A stretch of DNA of 64,000 nucleotides from Phoronis australis (Eukaryota > Animalia > Phoronida), in the NCBI GenBank assembly GCA_002633005.1, contig NMRA01000168.1, positions 437,129-501,128 on the forward strand, read 5' to 3'. The notes below the pieces were generated by a model. That model did no database searches, was not told the origin of the DNA, and was given only the letters and a program-made list of their open reading frames with translations. Position numbers and translations under genes: made by a program. Positions within the stretch are counted from its first letter, which is position 1, and each line of letters opens with the position of its first letter. Shown here one piece after another: positions 12,735 through 25,358 of this stretch.

Positions 12735-13099
12735 CAATCAGAAAGATAGTAGCGTTCCTTCGTACAGTAACAAAAGGTGTTAGGCATTGAGTGATCTAAT
12801 CAAGACTGTAAAAAATGCAAGTAACAAAACATAATTTGCAGTCGTTTACATGTACACTTTTCTCATCCGTTTTCTTATCTAACTCTACGTCGAATATCTG
12901 TTCCACATGTTGTTGAAAATCTTCAGGCTTGTTCAAGTATACTCGGAACCTAGTCAATTGACGGTGCGGACACTCCTCCCGAAAGCTCTATAGTCACCCT
13001 GAAATGTTTTGATTAGCAGCGCCAATATCATGACAGATGACAAGGGCTGCGTTGTCAAGTGGGGCTACCTCGGACGAAATATGTTGCAAGTGAGAAAAG

Positions 13100-13480
13100 T
13101 ACTGCGCCACCTCGGGTGTGAGGATTCCTTTCCGGGCAATCGTTACCTGGAAACATGATGGCAACGTTCTTCATGTGCTCTGGTTTATCGAAGCGCTCGC
13201 TCAGTCATTGCCAGATTTCCTGCAGTGCAGATGCCGGGTTAAACCTGCACAGAACTTTACGAAGTTATTTGTGGAGAAGATCCAGTTCTTCCGTGGCCGT
13301 TGCCGCGAGGTGGTCTGCCACATTTTGCACGAGTGGTACTGTTCAGGTTTATCACTGAATCGTACCAATCGTACCAGCATCAATTTTTTCTTAAGCAGCA
13401 ATTGTACTTACTCCATTTTGGAAAGTACACTGGAGTTTTGTCATATGACAGACTCAGAGGCAGATGCTACTGGGACATAA
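13100..13480 (-). mobile_element. Degenerate BEL/Pao gag (DUF1759-like) fragment
   Basis: Reading across frameshifts and stops gives RLVRFSDKPEQYHS...EELDLL...NPASALQEIWQ*LSERFDKPE, resembling the BEL gag pattern FDDxPENYxxW...ELDLLxKWLG...IWxRLxExYGxPE. Same strand as, and upstream of, the pol fragment at 10141-10620. Confidence 0.65.
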
Positions 13481-15948
13481 ACAAATTGGTGTTAACATTG
13501 GGAGAGACTTCAGCCAAGTAGCTTGAAACCTTACCGAATGACTGAATCTCTGACATCCCCCCGTCCAATGCCCTGGCTACTGCCTCATATGTTTCCAGTG
13601 CGTTGGCTTCAGTCTCTCGACACCGTTGCCTGTTTGTTCATTTTAAGTACCTTGATTTTAGACTCTATCTAGGTTCGTTGGCATTTGCGGATTTAGGGTC
13701 CCCCTTAAATTCTCCCAGATTCCATTTGGCCGTTCGGAGTGCGAATTGCTGACTATCATATGCGCGCACCCAGGAGGGTTCGGGAATGAATGCACAATGC
13801 ACAGGCCTTGAACAAACCCCCTTTTTTAGTAATAAGGTCCACAAACCAAAAATTCGAGACCACCTGCATCCCTACATTTTAGACTGGGCGCGCGCATGAG
13901 GCGAAATTCTGGTTATACCTGTGCCCTGGCCCCCTTAACTCTGTGCCGTGCCCCCCTGGTTGGTTTGTCAGTTCAGCTTCCAAGACTGCTCATACGTTAG
14001 CGGAAAATAACGATGTTCGTGGGGAACTCGGCGATCGAGGATTCCAAATTTCGCTCATGTGGACAGGTATGCTTTTTACCTCTTATGCTCACTTGACTTA
14101 GTGAACCCTGTGCTGTGGCTAACGTCGTCTCCTTTGAGTTACCATAACATTTATTTAGTCTGGTGTCATTAAAGTGGTGTGTGTAAAAACTACAAACAAA
14201 AAAAAAGCAATTGCTACTTGACTACATATTTTGGATTACACAATTTTTCGTCAGGAAAACTTTTAACTTTTTTGTTTTTTGATGAATTTGGAATCCCGTA
14301 AAGAATTAGTCAACAAAAACAATAAAGTGGCCACGTGAATGTCATCAATGGCCTCCTTCAAGGGCTGGGCTCCTAAATATGAAAATATCTATATTTTCAA
14401 ATATCAGGAAATGCGCAGCAATTGATGTTATCTGTCAGGTCATCAATTTATCTCAAGGGATATACAGTTTCGAGAAAGAAAATAAAGCGAAAGTTGTCTC
14501 CGTTATCCCTTACCAAAAATATAGTTTTGTATTCGCAAAATTGACTTATTGAATTTAAACATCCAATAAATTAGTACGCTCCGCAAAAGCTTCGCTTTAC
14601 AAATTTTCTCGATTTTACGAAATATATGTGTGCGTTTGACGACCTGTGCTCCAAAAGCGAAGGCCCTAATGATAGTGTCCTGGCCAGGGTCCTTAAAAGG
14701 TAAACCATGCGCTGATGCAGATTTGTTAAATGTTCTCTTGAATTTTCTCTCTTATCCGTTTTTCGCAGTCTTTCTTTTCTCGGCTGTCCCCGGCACCACG
14801 CCTATGTCGGTTGCCACGGTTTAACCCAGACGCCTGGAATTTTTTGGGGGCCCCCCGTTTCCTACAGCCCTGGACTTGGTTACTCGATATAAGTCCTGTT
14901 GACAATGTTTAGGCACAGTTCCGTTGATTGTGGTCTTAGTTTATTGACTAAGCCATCATACATGTACTCGGTGTATACAGCACATGTTGTGGAACATTGT
15001 ACGTCAAGTTAACATGCATTGGGGGATAAGGGATGTCCACTGACTTGAGGTCATGTACATACATACATACATACTTTGGTTTTGCAACTTTTGCCAACGA
15101 TGCAATGGATGTATGGTGCACTGCAACATTTTAGCCTGTGTTTATCATTGCCACATAATGACATCCGCTAAGGAAGCAAATATGTAAGGTTACTAAGTTC
15201 ATTCTTGAGGTGCTGTTAGTCCTGCTGCGACAATTTAGAATGTTTCCAACAAAGATTATTTTACCCAATATTAACCCAGGCATGAAAAGGAAATTGGATT
15301 TTTGTTTTTAATTCGTTTACTATAGTCTCTTACTCAAAGTGTGTCAGCGTCTGTCGTACATGCGCTTACAGTACATGTATTTAAGCCCTGGCACCTGGAT
15401 GTTACGTCACGCCTATTTCTTTATTTAGGGGTATTAATAAATGTTTTGCTATCTTCAATTTACTCTTTAACTGATTGAAGCTAAAGTTCTAAGGATGAGC
15501 AGAAGGCAGACAAAAGTACCCAGATTCAGAGGGATATGGGCTTGTACCTCAATATTAAGGATACATCTTTGTATAGATGAGTATAGTTCATTTTAAAAGA
15601 CAGTTTATTGTATGTTACGCCAACTTCGTGGTCACTAGTCGATTCTAATGCATGGATGTGTAGTTCATTTTTTCTTTAAAAGTAATTCGCTGTTTTATTT
15701 TTTGTTGTCGACACGGACCTGTTGGGTGTTCTTTTATTGTTAAGAATTTATCTGGAATTGTTAATATTATTGAAATAAAAATTGTTTTGTTTGTTTTATT
15801 TGTTTGTAGTTTTCATTAATCTAAACAAATATTCGCTTTTCCTAAGTCTTAGATTTTAAATACACTTGTCTCGGATTCTCAGATACTAAACAAATCATGG
15901 CCACACACCAATAGTGGTTAATACTCTATCAATGTAACAGTAATTATA

Positions 15949-15993
15949 TAACAACAACAACATTAACTGCAACAACAACAACAACAACAACAA
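15949..15993. repeat. (AAC)n microsatellite
   Basis: Imperfect acaacaacaac run; explains the poly-Leu ORF at 15895-16110. Confidence 0.9.
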
Positions 15994-16024
15994 TAGTGAT
16001 GATTGTAAAGGTGAGGTGTCCGCT

Positions 16025-18245
16025 GTTGTTTGCCTCTTAGACAGGGATTGTGACTGCGGTAATGGTGTATTTTTGAGACGTGCACAATGGTTATAGTAAA
16101 CGCGCAACACCGGGCGCAGAAAATTGTTGATTCTCTCGATACCAGGGCTTGGAATTTTCCTCTTTGAAGAGTATTAACTGTTTTTTGCTTTCTGTTTCGT
16201 CTGCTTTGGTTGCCAGTTCCTCTTATTTGATTTCCAGTTTCCTCTTTTCCATCTTTTTATCATCATTTTGACATATTTTGCAGTTAAATTTTGCAATCCG
16301 AATATTTCTATCATAGCCTATTTGTAGAACGATGCATCACCTGGGAAATTTAATTCCTTTATTGTCATGGGTCATTCCAAGCCTGCCCTGCGTTTTCCAG
16401 AACATTTTTTTTTGCGCCGGGAATAACGAATTAAGACAGCTGAGATTAAAGTTATATTGAGCCTTGGTTCGGCGGACAAAAAAAGGATGGAGTGGTTTAT
16501 TAAGCGGGATAGAACAGATAGGATCTTCTCTCCGACCCTGGTGTAATAGAAACCAAGAAGAATAAAATGCAAGTCGTGATTCATCCAGGCATATCAATTG
16601 TGGATTGAATTGAATCGTTGACCTAGAACATTTAGTTCGGCAGAATTGATTCAATTCAATGCACAATTCAATGAACAGGAAGCGTTTTTGTCTTACTTTA
16701 AGACTAGTTTTTGCGGACCATCGTTTTTACTGTTTGTATAAAATAGCTGTATTTTCAAATGGTACATTTTTCTGCCATTGCCTGTAACCACATTGTTCGG
16801 TTTTGCTTGGCGACCACTCCACCCAGCTCTCTAAAATATAACGGTGCTGTGTGACACTCGCCAACCTACGAGAGTTTGTCGCAGGTTTGAAAACTCGTCA
16901 CCAAATTGGCTGAACTGACAAATGAAGGAAGACCACCCACCAAAACCTGCAGAACCCATGGTGTGATGCAGTAATAGACCGGCAGCCCAGAGCACTTAGC
17001 ATAGATGAACGAGGTACCAACATCTGACCACGGGAGCATTTAAAGTCCACCTCAGTATGTACAGAAATGGACGTCTGCCGTTGTCTGCACTCTGGGTGTG
17101 ACCCCTGGGGGCCTTACAAAGACCCCAAAAAATGAGCTAGACTAGATATTCGAGGTACCAACCAAAACTGATTTAAAACGAACAATAATACCGCACTGAA
17201 CACCGAATGACCCATGACAGACAAATTGCACTCTGGAATGGGTCCGGCAGAAGCCAAAAAAGGACCCCCCAAAAATGAGCTAGCACATACATTCGAGGTA
17301 CCACACAAAACNGTTGTTTGCCTCTTAGACAGGGACTGTGACTGCGGTAATGGTGTATTTTTGAGACGTGCACAATGGTTATAGTAAACGCGCAACACCG
17401 GGCGCAGAAAATTGTTGATTCTCTCGATACCAGGGCTTGGAATTTTCCTCTTTGAAGAGGATTAACTCTTTTTTGCTTTCTGTTTCGTCTGCTTTGGTTG
17501 CCAGTTCCTCTTATTTGATTTCAAGTTTCCTCTTTTTCATCTTTTTATCATCATTTTGACATATTTTGCAGTTAAATTTTGCAACCCGAATATTTCTATC
17601 ATAGCCTATTTGTAGAACGATGCATCACCTGGGAAATTTAATTCCTTTTTTGTCATGGGTCATTCCAAGCCTGCCCTGCGTTTTCCAGAACATTTTTTTT
17701 TGCGCCGGGAATAACGAATTAAGACAGCTGAGATTAAAGTTATATTGAGCTTTGGTTCGGCGGACAAAAAAAGGATGGAGTGGTTTATTAAGCTGGATAG
17801 AACAGATAGGATCTTCTCTCCGACCCTGGTGTAATAGAAACCAAGAAGAATCCAGGCATATCAATTGTGGATTGAATTGAATCGTTGACCTAGAACATTT
17901 AGTTCGGCAGAATTGATTCAAGTCAATGCACAATTCAATGAACAGGAAGCGTTTTTGTCTTACTTTAAGACAGACTAGTTTTTGCGGACCATCGTTTTTA
18001 CTGTTTGTACAAAATAGCTGTATTTTCAAATGGTACATTTTTCTGCCATTGCCTGTAACCACATTGTTCGGTTTTGCTTGGCGACCACTCCACCCAGCTC
18101 TCTAAAATATAACGGTGCTGTGTGACACTCGCCAACCTATGAGAGTTTGTCGCAGGTTTGTAAACTCGTCACCAAATTGGCTGAACTGACAAATGAAGGA
18201 AGACCACCCACCAAAACCTGCAGAACCCATGGTGTGATGCAGTAA
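16025..18245. repeat. Near-identical ~950-bp direct duplication (16025-16974 and 17313-18245) flanking an assembly N
   Basis: The copies differ only by scattered substitutions and small indels. Copy 2 begins immediately after the N at 17312. Confidence 0.92.
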
Positions 18246-18910
18246 GTGTTTTAGTCGAAACTTGCTTTTGTCAGCCATGTAAGACGCCAATGGTGTTTTA
18301 ACAGACAGAACGAGGATTGGTTGAAATCGCGAAAATGTTCAGCTTTTTAGCGGAGTATTTTGAAGTTTTAGGATGCATGATTTCAACGAATTTAAACTAA
18401 GAAGGAACTGTATTGCCTGCAGCACGTTTGAAAATTTAAAAACTAACTAACAGTTGTTTTCGTTACACCCGCGTTGCACATTGAACACCTGTGTATTCCC
18501 CAGGTGTGCCCAGCGAAACCGTCGCGACTATTTATATCGTTGGACAACCACGGAGTGGAAACGATTCTACGACCGGGTCTTTTGAATACGAACTACGAAC
18601 CCCCAAACCCCAGTGTTGTACCAGCAAGCACCAAACCTGCGATGCAAATTCCATACCCGCTCCCATAAATGTTACACGGAACGAAAATACTCCGTACTTG
18701 CTGACCAAACTCCATACCCATCGAGATTCTTCACTCGAACTCATGGAATCGTTTCCCCTCCCTGATAGTTCGCATTGCAATCGCTTTCGAGCACTATCTT
18801 CTAATTTGTAACCTAGTTTACGTATCAGTGAAAGAATCTGCTTGTAGGCTGAGACCCAGTTCACGAATTGTCTAAGAAACGTGGGAATGAAAACCAACTC
18901 CACCCAGCCA

Positions 18911-19038
18911 GCCTCCCACTCAGTGACACCAGGACCTCGCTAAAAAGCAGGACTTCGCGAGATTACGTGAGATATTGGCGTTTATTTTAAATGAGAACAC
19001 ATGACTTTGGCTAGATTTTAGCTAGTTCCAAACGTAGG
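18911..19038 (+). repeat. ~130-bp interspersed repeat (inverted copy at 35563-35690)
   Basis: aggacctcgctaaaaagca.gacttcgcga.attacgtgagatattg.cgt.tattttaaatgagaacac is shared with the reverse complement of 35563-35690. Confidence 0.85.
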
Positions 19039-19734
19039 TTCTATCGTTACTGAACGAACGCCAGCTTATGTTACTTCTGATGCATGTATTCTTACACCTA
19101 TAGTAACGGAAGGTAACACGTCTTTGATTTTTGTAAGCTGTAGCCTACTTTGGGCCATTCCTTCTGTACGATTATTTGAAGCCGAGTGTATTTTTAACTC
19201 AACACATGGCTATTTAAAAATTAGACAACATTAAATTGCTGTAGGCCTACCGTAATTCGACTTTTTGAACATTTATTTTGTCTACTGAATGAACTACTGA
19301 GCAGAAAATGCTCATTTTATTGCAATAGACGATCCCGCAGTAATTTTTGCCGTAAACCATTTTTCACTCCTAAATAACCATTTTTTCTGATCTCCATGAA
19401 AGTATTTCAAGACATAATCGCGCTCTCAGTTCATAAGCTCGAAGTGTGGATCCAGGATCATGGCCGTAGGGATTTGTCAGTGGACAGACACACGGAGTAC
19501 ATAGGGGTTACTTCTTGTGTCTCCATTACCGCAATACAAAGGTGGCCGAGCATCAGAAGTTGCGGACCCCCTAGACATGCTCTGGTTATGCACCGGTATC
19601 ACTACGTCACGGCAGGCCACACGCCAAGACTACTTGTAGGCTTGGATAAATTGATAGATATATAATCAGGAGAAATCACCTGGAGTTTCAGTTACTACGT
19701 GAGCAGGAGTGTACGAATAACGAGGATTATCGTC

Positions 19735-22700
19735 ATGAACAGTGCTACCTTTATCGCAGTTCTTGTAAGGCGTATTTTTCAGGTTTTCTTTTCTTTAAAT
19801 TTCGATTGATTTTTTTATACCAAATCGGTGTTCATCAACATATTCATTTTTGTAATAATACATTTTCCATAATTTGATGTTTAGCTAACAAAGCTACAAA
19901 AACGTGAGAATTACGCACTTGGACTTGATCTTTTTAGACGTAGAGGCAGGCAAGCAAAGTTGTTTGTGTTCAGGGATCTTCAACTGAATTTTCTTCAGCC
20001 CACCTTCATCTCCATATACTTGCTAGTAAAAGCAATCAACTTTCAGGCACGTTCATGCGACTCTTTCGCGAATGTTTTCCCGGAATCAAGAAAGTGTATC
20101 GCATAAAAACAAAAATTGTAGAATTGTTAGATATCGGTTGAACTGGTCTAAAGATGCTAAAAGTTAGTTTTGGAATATTTTAGACAACTGTTCTTGTAAC
20201 AGTTCAAGGCAAGGCTATATTTGAAATCAGGCTTATCAAGTTTGTGAACGTCGAGGCAAAAATGGCATCGGGAAAGTGCTGCGAGAGTTACTCTACGGGA
20301 CCGTGCTCAGGAAACGAGGCCCGCTGTGACCATGAGTTTACATTATGTCTGGATAGCGTTACCAGGTAACCTTAGAAGCATCCGTAACCTACATGTAAGA
20401 CTGTCCTTGATAAAACTGTAAAGACTAACGTTTGATGAGCTCCTTTTCAGGAAATTTCGACCATGTACCTTTGATTATTCAGTATCGCCAGCATGACCGA
20501 ACGGGGAATAGGTAGTAACGGAAGATATTTTTTTCAGTAAAATGCTAAACCTACAGAGTGCTACGTTTTCAAATCATTGCAATATAGCGTCAATCAAATT
20601 GCTTGTACTTTTTTAGCTCTTTCCCAAGGGATGACGCTGACAAATGCCTGTATAAGAGATCTGCCTCCGGAGACATCACCCAAAACTCCATAACCTTTGG
20701 AGGCAATATTAACGGGATGCTGAATCCCATCAGATTCCGTTTCGGAGTCAGTTGGCCGGTAAGCACAGTTCGGTACGCTTCTGAATTAGTAGAAAAGTGT
20801 AGCGATAAACCTCGTGATGATAAGATAGTACTGACGAGACTGGCGGCTCACTGACAGGACTGGCTTGAAAACGGAAAACTGCTCACGATTGGGAGTTGCA
20901 AAGATACAAACGATGGAAGTAGCTCCCGGAGTGACATTCAGTGGTTGTTGAAAAGTGCAACCATGTCCCTGAATTTTCTGAATATTTAAATTTAAACACT
21001 GGTATTTCTTATTGGGCAACTACACGTAATTGGTAACTTGATTTCGAGTGTCGTGGGTATTGTCATTACATTCATGCATTTTTAATTGTAGGGAGCGATA
21101 CGGGTTAAAGTTCGCGTCATAGACAACGATGTCTTCTTTCACGATTTAGTTGATTTGTTTGTGAACGATTGGTATATGAATCCTGACGGGCAAGTGAGAA
21201 AGGTCAGAGTGAAGGGGACAGCACCTATAGATACCAGGTGTGTTTTTGTGTTAAGAATCATCACCGTTATAACGGTAAACTCGAGCGCAGTGTTATTATC
21301 ATCAAAGCCGTCGCCATAGTCACCACATCATGTAACAAGAACACGACGGCAACTGGGACGACGACGACGACAACCTCAACAACAACGGTAAACCCCACTA
21401 CCACCACTATCACCGTCACCACTACGAACACCACCAAAATCACCACCACCACCACCACGAACACCATCACCAGTTACATTGCAAACACACTAAACAGTCA
21501 ACACTGAAATCGCGCTGATGTTGGAATTCAATTTTCCTCGCGCAGTGCTTAGACTTCTGAGTTGTTAAGATAAATGTGTTTGGAATAAAAACAGCTGTTC
21601 TTGAGTGAATGAATAAATTTAAAGCAAGGGAACGCATACGTTTTATATAAGTCGTCACTTCTTCATTTTAGTCTGGAATATGAAATGATAGTAAGATGTG
21701 ATCCGAGTTACTACGGCCCTAACTGCACCCAACAATGCGTGCCTATGGACGGTGCTAATGGACATTACACTTGTGATTCTCATACTGGGTACAAAGTCTG
21801 TCTTTCAGGTACGTCCTTTGTCCATATCGGTAACTTGAGGCTTATCTTTGTGTGAACAACTAACACATTCATGGTGGCTACCAGGAAGACTGCCGCCACC
21901 GCCACCAATATGCGCATGTACGTAGTACGGTCTTCGCTAATGCTAAACCTATGTTTCAATGTATTTTTGCAAAGTATTTACAGAATCATTTATCATGCAG
22001 GTTACAAAGGCAACTCATCCAACTGTATCACTCCTTCACCGTGTTCCAAGGCAAGGCAGCCCTGCCTTAACGGAGGATCCTGTATAGACCAGAAGAACAA
22101 CACAAACTTCACGTGTAGCTGTCTCCCAGGGTACTCTGGCAGGAATTGTGAGGTATGGCATTTTATGGTCTATGATGCCGGGCACAGCTATAGTGGGAAT
22201 CATTGAAAACCAGAGCCTATGACGTCAGAGAATGGCCTATGTTCTGCAAAGGGATACGCCCAATGTTAAACACACATACATTTAATGATTTTAGGTATTA
22301 TATAACTGAAAAATGAACCTTTTTAGACCAGCACAACAACTGATTGATAACGTGTTATATAATTACAAGCTCCTCAGTTGTCTTTACACATCAGTCCACA
22401 CTGCGTTTGTCTGTCGTCTTCATTTAGAAATAATTCCTTATCTGGGATTAGGTTCATCGTTGGCATCGACAGTCAGAGTTTCGGGCAGAATGATCAATCA
22501 TAACAATGAACGTCATTACAAAAATTTTATCCATATGTGCAGTATATCTCTTATGCATACAGCGATTCTACGTGACGAATTGAATATTACTCAAATCGTA
22601 GATCTTCACCACTCCCAAGCCAACAGTATGCGATTCTAGGCCATGCCAACACGGCACCTGCGTGCTGACACCAGAAGGTGCCTTGCCCTTCAGGTGCGAC

Positions 22701-23121
22701 TGTGCGGATGGATACAATGGTGACCTCTGTCAGGCAAGCGAAAGATTTTGTCTTATATGCATACCTGTAACTTGCTCTTGGGGTGTGAAGCGCCTGTTAC
22801 TGAGAGCATTGAAAAAATATTCTTTTGAAAGGCTATTTGTTTATCGCGCCTTTCACTCATCTGATATTTGTACGATTTTTTATGTCGCAGCGAAATCCAC
22901 ATCGAGGGTAATAACGACAAAGTACAAAGTTTACATCAAGCATTCTTGATCAGTTTGATGCCTCTTTTTGTGTCAGTGAAAAAAATTGGTTATCAAAATG
23001 CGGAACACCTTACATGACTATTACCGTTCTTTTGTAGAATGTTGCTGCGCAAACTTCCACCAGTGGCCAGATTTTGTCAACTGTTGCCGTCCAAACGATA
23101 AACACGACAGTTGCACCATGA
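19735..23121 (+). CDS. Delta-like DSL-family protein (signal peptide, MNNL/C2, DSL, 2 EGF, short Thr-rich tail; no transmembrane segment), 8 exons, about 334 aa
   Basis: Exons 19735-19764, 20184-20365, 20617-20758, 21092-21237, 21672-21808, 22001-22152, 22602-22733 (GC donor CAG|GCAAGC), 23038-23121; 1005 nt, phases consistent. Signal MNSATFIAVLTTVLVTVQG; MNNL FEIRLIKFVN..GKCC..C..FTLCL and NPIRFRFGVSWPG; DSL CDPSYYGPNCTQQCVPMDGANGHYTCDSHTGYKVCLSGYKG..C; EGF PCLNGGSCID..FTCSCLPGYSGRNCE and PCQHGTC..FRCDCADGYNGDLCQ. Confidence 0.88.
21340..21472. repeat. Intronic (ACC/ACG/ACA)n trinucleotide repeat
   Basis: Low-complexity run in Delta-like intron 4; produces the spurious poly-Thr and poly-Val ORFs. 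Confidence 0.85.
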
Positions 23122-24899
23122 AACGTGATGAAGGTCAGAGTCGTAAGGAAAAAAATGTAGCTAAGTTGGGCTACTTCACTGTGTCATTGAAGCAAACCCC
23201 TAACTGTTGGGATTTCTCAGTCCTCGGCGTGTACAATTTGTTGGAAAAGCTCAGAATCATTGCTACATTTCCATTTGCCGTTTTACAAGATCGTTTTGGT
23301 CCAGTGTTGGTAGGTTTTTAGTACTTCCCAGATAATGATACTCTGATATCAGATATCAGTACAAACAGAGCTAAAGCAGAAAGTTGTAAATTTAATCACA
23401 GCATTGGCCAAGTGTCACGTGGAGAAAAAATGTGATGAGAATGCACGGCCCTCGTTTGCAGTCTTCATGAACACTAACAAGTATTAAAATATGAGGATCT
23501 CATCTCCTACATAAACTACTCACTAGCCACACTGATAGTCGTATTTTAAATGCATTATGAGACACTTGTCAGCTCGTAAACATCCGTTGACAAAACTGAA
23601 TTTCGTAATTCAATGGTATTATTTCATTAAAATTCTTATTTCAAAAATAGTACGTAGGTGTTAACTATACATGCGTGCGATTTTGTATGTATTTGTTCTC
23701 ATGATGTGTTAAACGAAAGCGTATTAGTTTAAACGTTCTTTAGGTTTGTATATTCGAAACTCTCCTTCATACGTGAAGTGCACTGTATGGTGCACCAAAG
23801 CTTTCTCAATGACCCTCAAGCTTCAATACCATACTAATTGCGACTTGTATAATATTTGTGCTTTGGCATTTGAAAGCTGTATTTCGCCCTGTTTGGCTTG
23901 CTAAAAACAAAATCCGATTCGGCTTATTACTCTCATAAAGTCGGTCCCATAATATTCCTCACCATGATAGGATTTTTTCCGCCACCAACACCTCGTCGAA
24001 ACCATCCGCGACTCAAGAAAACATTGCAGAGTTTGCTAATGGAGTTGGCAAACCCGAAATTGCGGATCCGAAAATAGCGCGTGCGCGCATTGCCTGTCAC
24101 TTGAGTTGCCGTTTCATGCAGCAGTGATTCAATATCGGATGAGCGAGGTAGTGTTTATAAACCCTATGGCGTTACAGTTAAGAATTTCACAGTAGCGAAT
24201 TACAGTTTGAACCGTTGTCTCTTTCGAACATTATTTACAGATGCAGGTTTAAAGCACTGGTGTCAATGAAAATGAAAAGCGAACAGGCACGGAGTTCGAC
24301 GAATGGACCATTGATTATGTAAATTTTAGAAATTGGGATATACTCGTTATGTCTCTTTTCCAAGAAAAAATCCATTAGTCTGTAAGATGATGTTATCGAC
24401 TGTAGAAATTACCTGTGCCATAAAATGAAACTGTTCTAATAAATATTTCAGATTCTCTCGTTCTATGCGATACAGTTTTAATTTATCGTTGATTTTTTAA
24501 AGATCTCATATTTTGCATTTTGGTCTACGCCTATTATCAATGTACAAAAGATATATGGGCCTCCAAACTAGCAGTTCTGTTACATTCGCCCAAATAGAGA
24601 CACCTCTGTCAATAACGTGGGGTTTGCAGTACATGGGTTATTGAAAATCTGCCTCTAATTCAATTAGCGATTGAAATCCTTTTGGAAATGGAATATTTTC
24701 GTTGCACGATGTCAGCACTACATTTTTACAGAATTAATTAAATTTCTCTGTTCACTGATTTTCTTACGTTGGCTTAAAAAGAATGCAATCGGAATGTCTT
24801 TTGCTGTGCAGAAGACTTGCGCAGGGCGCCTGGTTGCGTCCATTACACGAAACACCTTAGATACCAGGTTCTTCGTGAAAGAAGTTTTTAAGATAATGG

Positions 24900-25200
24900 A
24901 CAGACTTTTCCATTTGCTATCGAGTCCTACTGTATAAGTTGTAGACATGTTGTGGTGAAATCCAGGAGCTTGTTTCTCAATTTGTGTAAAGATGGACAAG
25001 ACTCGTCTTCAGAGTTTCCACCGTCAGTACTGCACGATGGACACAATGGCCTACCTATATGCCCAGTGATGTGCCTGTGTCGGGCCAGGTTACAGTGACC
25101 TGTTAAAAAGTGAATGACGTGTCTAATGTCCAATTTGTCAAGTCTCTTAGTGTGATGGTAATGGGGAAGTTTTTTTCTGGTTTATTTGCACGAGTTAAAG
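24900..25200 (-). mobile_element. Non-LTR retrotransposon (I/Loa-like) ORF2 C-terminal fragment
   Basis: HFLTGHCNLARHRHITGHIGRPLCPSC...E.CPSL..LR matches the LTGHxxLxxH...CxxC...CP zinc-knuckle region that follows RNase H in I-group LINEs. Confidence 0.65.
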
Positions 25201-25358
25201 GAGAATGCCACCCCATTTAATTAGTCGTTTTTACCGTCTTAATCGGTCTATATCCACATCGCCTCTTATTCGATCGACCTCACTTTGCCGTGAGGTGTCA
25301 CGTTAACCTGTGAAGAAGGTGTGAAACGACGGAGCGACGTCAGTGGTTCGTCTGCAGA

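Noticed and set aside
14013-14070. Possible first exon (MFVGNSAIEDSKFRSCGQ|gtatg)
   Set aside because: No downstream exons or recognisable homology found.
17625-18062. 145-aa ORF and its 109-aa counterpart in the duplicated segment
   Set aside because: No recognisable motif, and indels between the copies change the ORF.
21238-21507. Thr-rich mucin-like exon for the Delta-like gene
   Set aside because: It is a trinucleotide repeat; read-through from exon 4 is in another frame and hits a stop, and exons 4 and 5 already join in phase.
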